Virus record (IMG/VR): IMGVR_UViG_2684623151_000005
Length of the DNA stretch: 64,000 bases
Origin: an uncultured virus (IMG/VR IMGVR_UViG_2684623151_000005)
Taxonomy: Duplodnaviria > Heunggongvirae > Uroviricota > Caudoviricetes
Reading direction: 5' to 3' (one strand)
Made by a program: the position numbers and the translations under genes. Under the pieces are notes generated by a model. It had not been told where the DNA came from. It saw only the letters and a program-made list of their open reading frames with translations, and did not search any database. Position 1 is the first letter of the stretch, and each line of letters starts with the position of its first letter. Of the stretch, positions 1 to 10,086 are shown in pieces.

Positions 1-194
1 AATAAAAATAATATTAATTTTTATTGTTTTTATTTAAATAAAAATATATTTTTAAAATTTTTATTTAATAACTCTATTGATATATTAAATAAAACAATAT
101 ATAATTATGACATAAGTTTATTAAATGATTTTTCTAAAAATAGATTTATGTAGTTGTTTTAGAAAAATAATCAAAAAAAAAGGATGGTGTAATT

Positions 195-1286
195 ATGGCA
201 AAAAATATAAGATATATAATAGTAGATGCTGGAAAAAACACAGTTAAATTTTCAGAAATTCTAACAAATGGAAAAATCAAATCATTAGGTTCTTTCCCTG
301 CAAGATATAGTCAGGGTACTTCAAATGTAGTAAACACTAATGTTGATTATCAAGAAAATGTTGAAACTAAGAATTTCCAAGTTGTTTACAAAGGTGAACA
401 CTTCGTTTTAGGAGAACATGGTACTTTTTACTGTAACTTTAACAGTAAAAAACATCCTATACATAGACTATGTGCCTATACAGCTATAGGCAACATTGTT
501 GATGATGGAGATACTATCCATCTTATAATAGGAAGCACATACAACTATGCAAAGTCAGATGATGACAAAAAAGAACTTGTAGATTTTTATAAAGATAGAA
601 GCGATATAGATATCATAATAAACAGAGTTCAAAAGAAATTCAAAATTTTTGATGTTTCTGTTTATCCTGAAGGACTTGCATTAATATTAAGAATGCTTTA
701 TAGAAAACATGATATTCAAGTTGGATTTGATATAGGTGGAAGTACAATTGATGTATATAATTTCGAATCAACTGATTCAGAATATTTAACATCTGATAAC
801 TCATATGGTATAAATGTACTTTACAAAAAACTTGCAAGAGAATTATCACTTTATGCGAGAAATATAAGACCAACAGAACAAGACTTTTTAGATATAATTA
901 AAAAATCTTCAAAGTTATCTATAACATTAACAGATGAACAATTAAATAACTTAAATCAAATTGTAGACTCTTTTGTTAGCAATATAATAAACTTATCATT
1001 ACAAGAATATACTGATTACAGAAAATGTTTATTATACTCTGGTGGAAGCTCTATAGTATTAAAAGATAGAATAATTGAAGGACTTGTAAAAGCAGGAGTA
1101 AGTAGAGATAATATTCTATTTGCAAACTCACCATTCGACAATGTGTTCTCTTATGGACTTAGCTTCTTAAGAGAAGAAATTGCAAAGAATGATATGGCTA
1201 AATATGCTCAAATAGGGAAATCATTCTCTATGGATGCAGTAAAATTAGAGAAAGAAATAATAGAAAAAGAAGAACTATTTGTTTAG
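195..1286 (+). CDS. parM: ParM/StbA-family actin-like plasmid segregation ATPase
   Basis: Actin/Hsp70-fold motifs IVDAGKNTVK, YPEG, GFDIGGSTID, YSGGSS; RBS AGGATGG upstream. Confidence 0.85.
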   Translation: MAKNIRYIIVDAGKNTVKFSEILTNGKIKSLGSFPARYSQGTSNVVNTNVDYQENVETKNFQVVYKGEHFVLGEHGTFYCNFNSKKHPIHRLCAYTAIGNIVDDGDTIHLIIGSTYNYAKSDDDKKELVDFYKDRSDIDIIINRVQKKFKIFDVSVYPEGLALILRMLYRKHDIQVGFDIGGSTIDVYNFESTDSEYLTSDNSYGINVLYKKLARELSLYARNIRPTEQDFLDIIKKSSKLSITLTDEQLNNLNQIVDSFVSNIINLSLQEYTDYRKCLLYSGGSSIVLKDRIIEGLVKAGVSRDNILFANSPFDNVFSYGLSFLREEIAKNDMAKYAQIGKSFSMDAVKLEKEIIEKEELFV

Positions 1287-1339
1287 AAATTAGTGGGGAC
1301 AAGCTTCCCCACTAATATAATGAAAGGAGGATTAAAACA

Positions 1340-2074
1340 ATGATTAGTTGCCTAAATAAAATGTACCCTAAAGAAAAAAGTTTACAAAAGAGTAAATCTT
1401 GGGGAATATCAATACAAAATGCATTATATGCAGATGCAATGAACATTATAAAAAATAAAGCAAATAGTGCTTCAGAAACAGGATGTAGACTTATAATAAC
1501 AGGAGATATAGTGCAAAATTCTCCAGGATTAAGTAAGTTTTTTGATATATATATATCAATCTTCAAAAATCTTGCTTATATATATGAAGGTCAAGAATTA
1601 TTTCATTATACAGAATTAGTTTTCGAACAAATAGTACAAGCAAACTTTACTAATTATGGAAGCTTTATAAATTCCCCACAAAACTTTATTAAAAATCATT
1701 TTAATTTTAATGAAAATGATAATAAAATAAATATACAAAATAAACATAACTCTTCTGAAACAAATACTTCTGAAACAGATAAGACAGATTGTAATGTAAA
1801 AGCTAAAGATTACGCAGAAAAAGAAATAGCTATTGCAGAAGAGGTTACTCCTCATGAAGAAGTTACTCCTCACGAGGAGGAGGAAACTAATACTTATAGT
1901 CCTAAATCTGAAGTTTCACAAGAGGAAATAAATATTCATAAAGATAATAGTTTAGAAGAAAAAACATTTTCAAGTGAAAAAAGCATTGAAAATGAAAACC
2001 CATTAGAAGATTTAAAAAGTCCATTAAATGATGTAAATGATGAAAATTTCTTCTTCGTTTCTGATATGTCATAA
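1340..2074 (+). CDS. Hypothetical protein, candidate ParR-like adaptor, with acidic C-terminal half (EEVTPH duplicated)
   Basis: Strong RBS AAAGGAGG; directly downstream of parM, followed by a terminator. Adaptor role is positional inference only. Confidence 0.5.
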   Translation: MISCLNKMYPKEKSLQKSKSWGISIQNALYADAMNIIKNKANSASETGCRLIITGDIVQNSPGLSKFFDIYISIFKNLAYIYEGQELFHYTELVFEQIVQANFTNYGSFINSPQNFIKNHFNFNENDNKINIQNKHNSSETNTSETDKTDCNVKAKDYAEKEIAIAEEVTPHEEVTPHEEEETNTYSPKSEVSQEEINIHKDNSLEEKTFSSEKSIENENPLEDLKSPLNDVNDENFFFVSDMS

Positions 2075-2082
2075 TCATATTC

Positions 2083-2116
2083 AAGTACTTAGACAAATGT
2101 TTAAGTACTTTTTTTT
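2083..2116 (+). terminator. Rho-independent terminator of the parM operon
   Basis: AAGTACTTAGAC...GTTTAAGTACTT hairpin followed by a T run. Confidence 0.75.
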
Positions 2117-2211
2117 ATTTATTTTTTCTAAAATCTTATTTTGAACACTATAATATAAAAAAAATAAAATAGTTAATATTATATATTTATTCAAAAGGAG
2201 ATTTTTACAAA

Positions 2212-2928
2212 ATGAAGAAAAATACAATACTAATTAAAGAGGACTTAGAAAATATTTTAAAAACATCAATTAAAAAGGAAAGAGAAATAGAAGGAAAAGA
2301 GGAATTGTTTTTAGATACATCAAATATGGGGTCATTTAAAATATTAAACAGCTTTTTTAAAGAAAGTGACTTTGATAGATTTTTATTAGATGTACCTAAA
2401 GCATTAATAATGTCGGAGAAAGAAAAAACATTAAAGTTAAAGCCTAAATTCATGGAAGTATGGACTGTAGATTTAGCATTTTCTGTAGGAAGTGAAATTA
2501 ATAAAGTTCGCCCATGTATAGTAATATCAAATTCTTTTTTATGTGGTCGTTCTAACAATATACTTGTAATTCCAATCACAAGTACAGATAACATTATGCC
2601 TTGGCATATTGAAATTGACGACAACTTCTTTACAGAAATAAAAGAAAAGACTACTGGTGTAGTAAAAATGGAACAGCTAAGAGCTGTATCTAAAGGTAGA
2701 CTTGGAAAGAAAGTTGGAAAAGTATCTAAAGAAGGAATAATAAAAATACTAATTAAAATAATGGATATGTCAAATATTTCATCAATACTTGACATTGATG
2801 AAGAGGAACTTTTTAATCTTTTTAACACTAAAATGTATGAAAATGCATTTGTAGAAAACAATAGAATTGATAAAAAAGATGATAAACTAATTATAGATAA
2901 TTTAGCAAATAACTTTTTCACTACATAA
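2212..2928 (+). CDS. PemK/MazF-family endoribonuclease toxin with N-terminal extension
   Basis: EVWTVDLAFSVGSEINKVRPCIVISN, LVIPITS, EQLRAVSKGRLGKKVGKV. Confidence 0.85.
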   Translation: MKKNTILIKEDLENILKTSIKKEREIEGKEELFLDTSNMGSFKILNSFFKESDFDRFLLDVPKALIMSEKEKTLKLKPKFMEVWTVDLAFSVGSEINKVRPCIVISNSFLCGRSNNILVIPITSTDNIMPWHIEIDDNFFTEIKEKTTGVVKMEQLRAVSKGRLGKKVGKVSKEGIIKILIKIMDMSNISSILDIDEEELFNLFNTKMYENAFVENNRIDKKDDKLIIDNLANNFFTT

Positions 2929-2948
2929 AAAGAGATTAGATGATTGCC

Positions 2949-3230
2949 TTAACAATCATCTAATCTCTTACTATATTCAGCATCATAATATTCTTTCGAA
3001 CTCAAATTGATATTAATACCATTTGATATAATATCAATTTCCCCAAACTCTCTCAACATGGCTTTAAGTTCTCTAAAACTTCTACAAAAACCATACTTTG
3101 CTTTAACTACTGAATCAGGCAAAAAAGCTCCATTTTCAGTAATTATATTAAACATTCTTCCTTTCGGAAGTGATTTAAATGTTTCCTTTTTTCTATTATC
3201 TATTCTAATTCCATTTTTATTGATTTCCAT
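2949..3230 (-). CDS. Hypothetical protein
   Basis: 93-aa ORF with GGAG RBS, last gene of the ardA operon. Confidence 0.6.
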   Translation of the reverse strand: MEINKNGIRIDNRKKETFKSLPKGRMFNIITENGAFLPDSVVKAKYGFCRSFRELKAMLREFGEIDIISNGININLSSKEYYDAEYSKRLDDC

Positions 3231-3235
3231 ATTTA

Positions 3236-3787
3236 TTATTCTCCAAATCCTTTGTTTTGTCTTATGGCAGTTTTAAGACTTTTAATATACTTAAAACCAC
3301 TACAATAATAATCTCTACCAATAGCTTCATAATTTATATATTCCTTTAAATTTGAAGGTATTTCACCTATAAATCCACTATTAGCAAGACACTCACCTAA
3401 TGTTTCATCCTTGTCATCCTCTACATTTTCAAGAAAATCTATACTTGATAGATTTCTTAATGCTTTATCTACATACTCTACCTCTTCATCAAAGAATGAA
3501 TATAAAGATAAAAGTAATCTCTTATCACATTCATCTGCATTATAAACTCTTAATAAGAATTGATTAAGAGCATAAATATTTGAATATTCATTTATATAAA
3601 ATATATCAGGATAATTATTTTCAATAGATGAAATTATAAAATCATTTTCACCTACAGCTTTGTTTATAGCTTCTTTTAAATCTTTCTCCTGCATAGGTAG
3701 TGTAATCCAGTCACCATCTGCTTCCAATATTCTTTTCACAAAAATTTTAATTGTAAATTCCTTATTTTGCATTTTATTAATCTCCAC
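3236..3787 (-). CDS. ardA: ArdA-like antirestriction protein (DNA mimic)
   Basis: GDWITLPM at the N-terminus, EIPSNLKEYINYEAIGRD at the C-terminus, acidic composition. Confidence 0.8.
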   Translation of the reverse strand: MEINKMQNKEFTIKIFVKRILEADGDWITLPMQEKDLKEAINKAVGENDFIISSIENNYPDIFYINEYSNIYALNQFLLRVYNADECDKRLLLSLYSFFDEEVEYVDKALRNLSSIDFLENVEDDKDETLGECLANSGFIGEIPSNLKEYINYEAIGRDYYCSGFKYIKSLKTAIRQNKGFGE

Positions 3788-3799
3788 CTTTTATATTAA

Positions 3800-4366
3800 T
3801 TATTTTTTTAATTCATTTATTAAATCTTTAAATGTTATTTTGAAATAACATTCTTCCTTGTTATAATTTTTTATATATTTATCATAATTAAATTTTGAGA
3901 AAATTAATTTACTTAATATTTTCTCAAATTTTCTATATGAAATTTGATTTGACATACCTAATTGCTTCGAAACCATTAATGAAAATGTAGCTTCCACCAT
4001 TCCTCTTGATTGTATGTCTCCTGTAAGATAAGTACCTGGGAGTACTATTGCTTCCTTTTCACAAGGAAAAACAAAAATCTCCTCTTCTCCTGACAACATA
4101 TTTTTATATAAATTAGCTAATTTATTATGTTCTTCAGTTTTAACTTTATTTAATATATCAATTTCTTTATCATTTAGATTGTACTTAAATCTTTTTTCAT
4201 AAGTCTCAATTATTATTGACTTACTTTTAAAGTCAACATAGATATCTTTATTTTCTAAAAAGACATCCTCACCTATCTCCGAAAGATAGAATCCTAATAC
4301 TCCTTTCTTTATAAAATATGGGTATGAAAATCTTGAATTATTCTTTTGAATAACTACTTTTCCCAC
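3800..4366 (-). CDS. Hypothetical protein
   Basis: 188-aa ORF, GTG start with AGGAGGGG RBS. Confidence 0.65.
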   Translation of the reverse strand: MGKVVIQKNNSRFSYPYFIKKGVLGFYLSEIGEDVFLENKDIYVDFKSKSIIIETYEKRFKYNLNDKEIDILNKVKTEEHNKLANLYKNMLSGEEEIFVFPCEKEAIVLPGTYLTGDIQSRGMVEATFSLMVSKQLGMSNQISYRKFEKILSKLIFSKFNYDKYIKNYNKEECYFKITFKDLINELKK

Positions 4367-4487
4367 ATTCTCCCCTCCTAAAATAAAATGAATTTTCCTA
4401 TTTATATTTAATATATTGTATATCTTTGAATATCTTTTAATTCAAATTTATAAAAAAAAGATAAGTAGAAATTACTTATCTTCAAAG

Positions 4488-5204
4488 CTATAAATTTGTA
4501 AAGTTAACAACCTCTTTATTATTAACCATTATCCTTTTATCTGACTTAACATTTCCCTTTAAAACTTTTATTAAAGCTTCACACTTATTATATAAAGCAA
4601 TACCTCTCTTAGATGGCTCATATTTATTACCATTAGAATAATTCATATATTCATTTATAACATCAGCTTGACAAACATAAGCTCCTTTAACCCTAAACAA
4701 ATCAGAATAATAATCATACTGCTCTAAGATTTTTTCTAATTCCTTATTACATTTCAAATACTTATACCAAAGTAAATTATAGAACATAGTTCCATAATTT
4801 AAAGGCAACAAATAGCCTTCTATTAAAAAAGCTATTGGTTTTTTCCCTTTACCTTTTTTCCAATCATTATAGGTTATAAACTCACCTTTGTTATTTTTAA
4901 AGACCTTTGAATTTTGATAATGATTTTCTATAGAATTCAGAACTCCATTAACCTTAACTTTAGCATATAAAGCTGAAAATCTTTTATCTCCCTTAGAACT
5001 ACATTCAAGCGTTTTACTTTTTACTTCATATTCCTGAAGAGGCTCACAATGGTCCTTAACAAATTCATTATATTTTTCACATGGAACTATAATAGGCTTA
5101 AAGCACCCCATACAATAAACTGAATCAACAAATCCATCTTTCCCTAATACTATATACTTGCTTTTGCAATCTTCACATAATACATCTTTTAATACATATT
5201 CCAT
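4488..5204 (-). CDS. Zn-ribbon plus NADAR-like (ADP-ribosyl glycohydrolase-like) protein
   Basis: N-terminal CEDC/CMGC; LECSSKGDKRFSALYA...SIENHYQNSKVF resembles the NADAR E-x-x-(Y/F)-Q-x-x-K motif. Confidence 0.5.
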   Translation of the reverse strand: MEYVLKDVLCEDCKSKYIVLGKDGFVDSVYCMGCFKPIIVPCEKYNEFVKDHCEPLQEYEVKSKTLECSSKGDKRFSALYAKVKVNGVLNSIENHYQNSKVFKNNKGEFITYNDWKKGKGKKPIAFLIEGYLLPLNYGTMFYNLLWYKYLKCNKELEKILEQYDYYSDLFRVKGAYVCQADVINEYMNYSNGNKYEPSKRGIALYNKCEALIKVLKGNVKSDKRIMVNNKEVVNFTNL

Positions 5205-5291
5205 TATATAAACTCTCCCTTCCTGTTAAATAATTAAAAAATACCTAAATCTATATTAATTTAATATATAGATTTAGGTATTTAGATATAA

Positions 5292-5522
5292 TTATAACTT
5301 TAAATTAATAAGTCTTATAATATCATCTGTGTACTTGTCATCAATTTTATACGAATTAACATCTTCTAATTTTTTCTTTAACATTCTTTTTTCTTGTTTT
5401 AATTTCAAATTTTCTTCGTATAACAATTTTTCTCTAATCTTACTCTCTTCTAACTCTTTAGATATACTTTCCACTTTAGATTGCAATGTCTTATATCCTT
5501 TTAATAAATCTCTATATTTCAT
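5292..5522 (-). CDS. Small coiled-coil protein
   Basis: 76-aa K/E/L-rich ORF directly downstream of kptA. Confidence 0.5.
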   Translation of the reverse strand: MKYRDLLKGYKTLQSKVESISKELEESKIREKLLYEENLKLKQEKRMLKKKLEDVNSYKIDDKYTDDIIRLINLKL

Positions 5523-5528
5523 AGCTAA

Positions 5529-6107
5529 CTAAAAAACAATATACTCAACTGGTATATTAGATGTTTCCCATATTATATTTGATTTTTTAAAAAATTTTTG
5601 ATTTAAATCATTATGCAAATCTAAAGCTCTAATTTTCAATATTACTGGATTATTAGTCCTTCTCAACGCAACTCTTATAGCCTTATCTTCTATTTCTGAC
5701 AAGCATACATTATCTCTTTGCATAGATTTTATAAATCCACTTTCAATAATTTTTTCAAAATTTTCTTTTGTTGTCCCATGATATAAGATTTTAGGAGGTA
5801 AAGAGTCTAAATATCTATTTATATTTAACCCCTTAATAGAATGACCATAAACAGCTCTAATTGAGTTATCACGTATTTCATATCTACCATCTTCATCTTC
5901 TTCTACAATCTCCTCTATAATTTTTTTATTCAAAACATTGGCGTATTTATGCTGTTTTTTAATTATCTTCATAATTAAACTATCAATAGATACAAATCCT
6001 TCCTCATCAAGTTCCAATTCAAATTCTCCTGGATTATGTCTCAATATATAACTAATAGTAGTACTTAATTTAACTTTATTTAGACTTATATTATTCAAAT
6101 CAAACAA
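5529..6107 (-). CDS. kptA: RNA 2'-phosphotransferase (Tpt1/KptA family)
   Basis: SYILRH, LDEEG, GRYE, IRAVYGHS, LYHGT, VCLS; Arg-His-Arg-Arg tetrad appears intact. Confidence 0.92.
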   Translation of the reverse strand: MFDLNNISLNKVKLSTTISYILRHNPGEFELELDEEGFVSIDSLIMKIIKKQHKYANVLNKKIIEEIVEEDEDGRYEIRDNSIRAVYGHSIKGLNINRYLDSLPPKILYHGTTKENFEKIIESGFIKSMQRDNVCLSEIEDKAIRVALRRTNNPVILKIRALDLHNDLNQKFFKKSNIIWETSNIPVEYIVF

Positions 6108-6131
6108 CTCCTTATTTTAATCTTTAATGTC

Positions 6132-6175
6132 ATTATATGTTTTTATTTGACATTAGTCAAAAAATAAAATATAAT
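6132..6175. promoter_or_regulatory. Back-to-back sigma-A promoters sharing one TTGAC-N4-GTCAA palindrome (6147-6160)
   Basis: Plus: TTGACA(6147)-17-TATAAT(6170). Minus: TTGACT(6160)-17-TATAAT(6137). Confidence 0.85.
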
Positions 6176-6216
6176 TAAATTATTTTTTTAATTAATAAAG
6201 AAAGTTGGTATAAATA

Positions 6217-6996
6217 ATGTCAAATGAAAAAATACAAATCTCAAACAAATTAAATAGAAGTTTAAAATTTATAGGAAGAGGCTCTGCTTTTAATACTGAC
6301 GAACTTAATACATCTGCATACATAAAATACAATCGTACTATGTTGCTAATTGATTGTGGAGAGAATATTTTTTCCAATATAAAAAAGAATGGATTATTAG
6401 ATGATATTGATAATATATACATACTAATAACTCATTTACATTCTGACCATGTTGGAAGCTTAAGTTCTTTAATATTTTATATGTACTATGAAAAAAGAAT
6501 AAAAGCAAATATACTGTTATTCCCAAACTTAGAATTATATTTGAAATTACAAGGAAATATAAAAGGAATGCATTATAATGAAATAAAATCTACCTTTATA
6601 GATGAGCTTAACCTAAACTTTATTATAACAAATGAAACACATGAACAAATGAAAGAATCTAAAATATTAAGAATTGATAAAGATATATTAATTGAAGAAA
6701 CAAAACCTATACTACCTTCATATGGGTATAAAATAATATTTAAGGATAAAAGCAAATTATATTATACTGGAGACACCTCTTCATTCAATAAAAATATGTT
6801 AAAAGAAAATAATCTAATTATATATCAAGATATATGTTCAAGGGATTATCCTGGCAACATACATTTATCGCTTAAAAAGCTTTGTGAGATTGTTCCAAGA
6901 GAAGAAAGACACAAAATATACTGTATGCATTTAGACACCACTAAATTGTCAAATTTAGCCCAAAGTGAAGGTTTTAATATTGTCTCTATAGAATAG
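6217..6996 (+). CDS. Metallo-beta-lactamase-fold hydrolase (RNase Z-like)
   Basis: GRGSAF, LIDCG, THLHSDH, YTGD, CMH motifs. Confidence 0.85.
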   Translation: MSNEKIQISNKLNRSLKFIGRGSAFNTDELNTSAYIKYNRTMLLIDCGENIFSNIKKNGLLDDIDNIYILITHLHSDHVGSLSSLIFYMYYEKRIKANILLFPNLELYLKLQGNIKGMHYNEIKSTFIDELNLNFIITNETHEQMKESKILRIDKDILIEETKPILPSYGYKIIFKDKSKLYYTGDTSSFNKNMLKENNLIIYQDICSRDYPGNIHLSLKKLCEIVPREERHKIYCMHLDTTKLSNLAQSEGFNIVSIE

Positions 6997-7174
6997 AAAA
7001 TAAAAAAGATTAATTACTTTTACATAGTAATTAATCTTTTTATCTTTAGTAGCTTACTATTGTATGTATAAACTTTATTATCCACTTAAAACAAGCACTA
7101 AATCCGTTATTAGTAAATTATTTTAATGAGATACAAACAGCTTAACACGTTTGACTTCTGTCATATTAATCATA

Positions 7175-7528
7175 TTACTTTATTCCATAAAATTCAAGAT
7201 ATAAATACTTATTTCTTCTAAATAATACATAAAATAAGCCGAAAAACATTTGAAATCTATTCAATGAATTACCACATCTAATACAAACATCATCATCTTC
7301 ATTAACCTCAAACTCAATTTCATTGCTTCTACACCAATCTAATTTAAGATACATTTTATGTTTCCCTTTTGGCAAGTCTAAAACTATAACTTCTCCATCA
7401 CTTATATATTCAACAACTTTCTCATCCACATATATCTTATAATCTCTCCAAGCATCAGCGTACATACAAGCTCTTTTCATTATAACCATAATACAAACAC
7501 TCCCTACTATACCAAGTAAACATTCCAC
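7175..7528 (-). CDS. Hypothetical protein with C-terminal hydrophobic segment (true start may be downstream)
   Basis: ORF track; YKIYVD...GKHKMYLKLDWCRSN. Confidence 0.5.
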   Translation of the reverse strand: MECLLGIVGSVCIMVIMKRACMYADAWRDYKIYVDEKVVEYISDGEVIVLDLPKGKHKMYLKLDWCRSNEIEFEVNEDDDVCIRCGNSLNRFQMFFGLFYVLFRRNKYLYLEFYGIK

Positions 7529-7587
7529 TTGATACTATATTTTTGGTATATTATAGATAAAAAAAGTTGTTTAAATAACTTTTTACA

Positions 7588-7944
7588 TCACTTATAGTAT
7601 ATTAAACATAATAAAATTAATTTTTCTATATCATTTGACATTTCGCCCAAATCTATTGAATCATTATCATTATATTTATTACTTTCTATTCTTTTAAAAT
7701 CATTACAATATTCTATCAACTTAGATTTATCATCAATATTTAAGATTTCACATATCTTATAAATATAATTTAGCATACTGCTTTCATCAACTACTCTTCC
7801 ATTTATAATATCTTTTAAAATATCATAAGAGATATTCGAGTATTTTGAGAATGATTTCAGGGTGTACCCATTAGCACTTATAACTCTTTTTATATTTAAA
7901 CCTATCTTTTTTTTATCAATTTTATTTTCAATCAAATTATACAT
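7588..7944 (-). CDS. XRE-family helix-turn-helix protein
   Basis: IGLNIKRVISANGYTLKSFSKYSNISYDILKDIING...KICEILNI. Confidence 0.7.
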   Translation of the reverse strand: MYNLIENKIDKKKIGLNIKRVISANGYTLKSFSKYSNISYDILKDIINGRVVDESSMLNYIYKICEILNIDDKSKLIEYCNDFKRIESNKYNDNDSIDLGEMSNDIEKLILLCLIYYK

Positions 7945-7997
7945 CCTTTCAATATATAAAAAGGAGTAACTGTTTAGTTACTCCTTTTTATAAAAAA

Positions 7998-9881
7998 TTA
8001 TTTTAAATTAAGATACATATCTATTATTTCTTTTCTCAATCTATTTTCAATCTTAAAGTGATTATTGGTATTATCACTTGTATTGTAAATATAATGAGCT
8101 AATTCATGAGCTAATGTATCAACAACATTCATTATACATCTATATTCATGTACACCTAATTTGTAATTTTGAGGAGATATATTCAAATTAAAATCCTTTA
8201 AACTTATTGCTTTTCTATCTAAAATTATTTCATCTCTAAACTTACAACCATAAACCTCTATTTTTTTAGTAGTATTTTTTAAAGTCTTAATTTTCTTATA
8301 TTCTCCATCTTGTTTATAATTTACAACACAAGATATATCAGCTAAATTAAACACATTTTCTTTTAAATTATATTTAATCCTAACAGCATCTAATAATAAC
8401 AAGAAATTACTCTCTTTATTATTTTTACTACCTAAATTATCAAATTTATGTTCAAATTTAAGTATATCTCTTATTTCTGATATTTCAGGTAATCCCTTGC
8501 TTTCAAAGAATTTATCATATAATACATTTTTTGATTTAATAACTTCAATACCATAATATTCTGCTAAAGCTATTTCAGTATTGAATTTATCAACTTCATT
8601 TGCAGATACCCAAAATACCTTCTTACTTCCTAAATACTTTTCTATGGTAATTACCCCACTTGAAGCCTTTTCTGTAACCTCATTTTCGTAACTATTAGAA
8701 TTAAGAGTTTTCTTTTCATACAAATCTCCATTGATAATAACTTTCTTAGTATTGCTATCAATTTTATCTAAAGTACATTTAGTTACATTACTAATACTAT
8801 CATCAAAATAATCCTCATCAGATATAAGTTCAGATTTGGTACAACTCCAAATTCCATCTTCACCAGGGCAATTTAAAACACTTAAAATTCTCTCTTTTGT
8901 AAGTGGTTTATCACTATTATCTGATTTCAAAGCATCAAGTCCTGTTATTTTTGCTTCTTTTTCAGAAATAGTTAAAAATCTCTTATAATCTTTAACTTCA
9001 AGATATTCTGATATTAATTTACAATTATCAGAAAAATCTATATTATTTTCTGAACAATTTTTTATATAATCTCTTAAAAATTGTTTTTTAAGCCCATAAA
9101 GCTTTTCAATGAATATATCATATTTTTCATCTTCTACAACACTCTTACGGTCAGGCTCTTTTAAAGTAATAGAGCTATCTTTAAATTTAACTATAAAAGA
9201 CATTCCATAATCGGGAAATGCTCTACAAACAAATCTATTTTCATAAAACATATATGATTTATATAAATCTTTATCTATAAAGAATCTTGCTGAAAATAAT
9301 TTATTTGAATACTCTTTAGAAAAGTCATATCTTTTAGGAGCGTACTCTTCAAATATTTCTTTTTTTTCTATAAGTTCTCCATTAAAAAAGACATCTGCCA
9401 CCATAAATCTTCCTATGTTTTTTATAGTTTTAACAATATCCTCAAAATCATTTTTAAAATAATCAGATTTTAAAACTACTTTAAATCCATTTATGGGACT
9501 TTCAACTTCTTTATAATCAACACTTAAATCACAAAGCATTTTATCAATGTCTATATAAATTCTTTTTTTCAGGCTACTTATAGATATAGTTTCTATGTTA
9601 GGTATTGATAAAACACTCCAAAAACCTATACCAAATCCTTCATTAGTAGTTTCCCAACTACTTGTATCAAAAGTTAATAAATCATCAGCCTTTTTTAAAC
9701 CTACACCATTATCTTCAAATGAAAATAAATTGTCATATAGATTGATATGAATTTCTTTAGAATTTGCTCTAATACTATTTTGAAACAATTCTGAAATAAA
9801 AGTTTTTTTATCAAAGACATTTCCTTTTATTATTTTTTTTATTTTTCCTTTTGTATCACTTTTTATCTTCATAATTATCAC
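7998..9881 (-). CDS. GHKL (HATPase_c) ATPase with C-terminal HEXXH metallopeptidase-like domain
   Basis: ELFQNSIRA, EDNGVG, GFGIGFWS at the N-terminus; TLAHELAH near the C-terminus. Confidence 0.75.
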   Translation of the reverse strand: MIIMKIKSDTKGKIKKIIKGNVFDKKTFISELFQNSIRANSKEIHINLYDNLFSFEDNGVGLKKADDLLTFDTSSWETTNEGFGIGFWSVLSIPNIETISISSLKKRIYIDIDKMLCDLSVDYKEVESPINGFKVVLKSDYFKNDFEDIVKTIKNIGRFMVADVFFNGELIEKKEIFEEYAPKRYDFSKEYSNKLFSARFFIDKDLYKSYMFYENRFVCRAFPDYGMSFIVKFKDSSITLKEPDRKSVVEDEKYDIFIEKLYGLKKQFLRDYIKNCSENNIDFSDNCKLISEYLEVKDYKRFLTISEKEAKITGLDALKSDNSDKPLTKERILSVLNCPGEDGIWSCTKSELISDEDYFDDSISNVTKCTLDKIDSNTKKVIINGDLYEKKTLNSNSYENEVTEKASSGVITIEKYLGSKKVFWVSANEVDKFNTEIALAEYYGIEVIKSKNVLYDKFFESKGLPEISEIRDILKFEHKFDNLGSKNNKESNFLLLLDAVRIKYNLKENVFNLADISCVVNYKQDGEYKKIKTLKNTTKKIEVYGCKFRDEIILDRKAISLKDFNLNISPQNYKLGVHEYRCIMNVVDTLAHELAHYIYNTSDNTNNHFKIENRLRKEIIDMYLNLK

Positions 9882-10069
9882 TCCTTTATTATTTCTACAT
9901 AATTTTTATCTATCCAATCTACAGTTTCTACCCCTTCTTCATTAATGGCATAAATTAAATAGAATCCTTCTACTAAATCGAAATCATTATTAATTTCTAT
10001 TTCATCTCCAATTTTATATACATTACAATTAATATTATTTTTATATTCTTTTGTTACTCTTGCTGTCAA
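9878..10069 (-). CDS. Small hypothetical protein (SH3-like pattern)
   Basis: 63 aa, overlaps the GHKL gene start; ARVTKEY...GDEIEI...WIDKNYVEII. Confidence 0.5.
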   Translation of the reverse strand: MTARVTKEYKNNINCNVYKIGDEIEINNDFDLVEGFYLIYAINEEGVETVDWIDKNYVEIIKE

Positions 10070-10086
10070 AAAAATGTTCTTCCTTT

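Noticed and set aside
1..110. parC centromere or replication origin upstream of parM
   Set aside because: AATAAAAAT-type repeats cannot be distinguished from AT-rich background, and the region is cut by the window edge
2205..2921. 238-aa antisense ORF, and similar shadows (19046-19720, 32901-33281, 59131-59487 and others)
   Set aside because: Fully overlap well-supported genes on the opposite strand, with Ser/Leu/Phe-rich shadow composition
7078..7086. DnaA-box-like TTATCCACT (also TTATCCACC near 40268)
   Set aside because: Isolated single-mismatch boxes with no cluster
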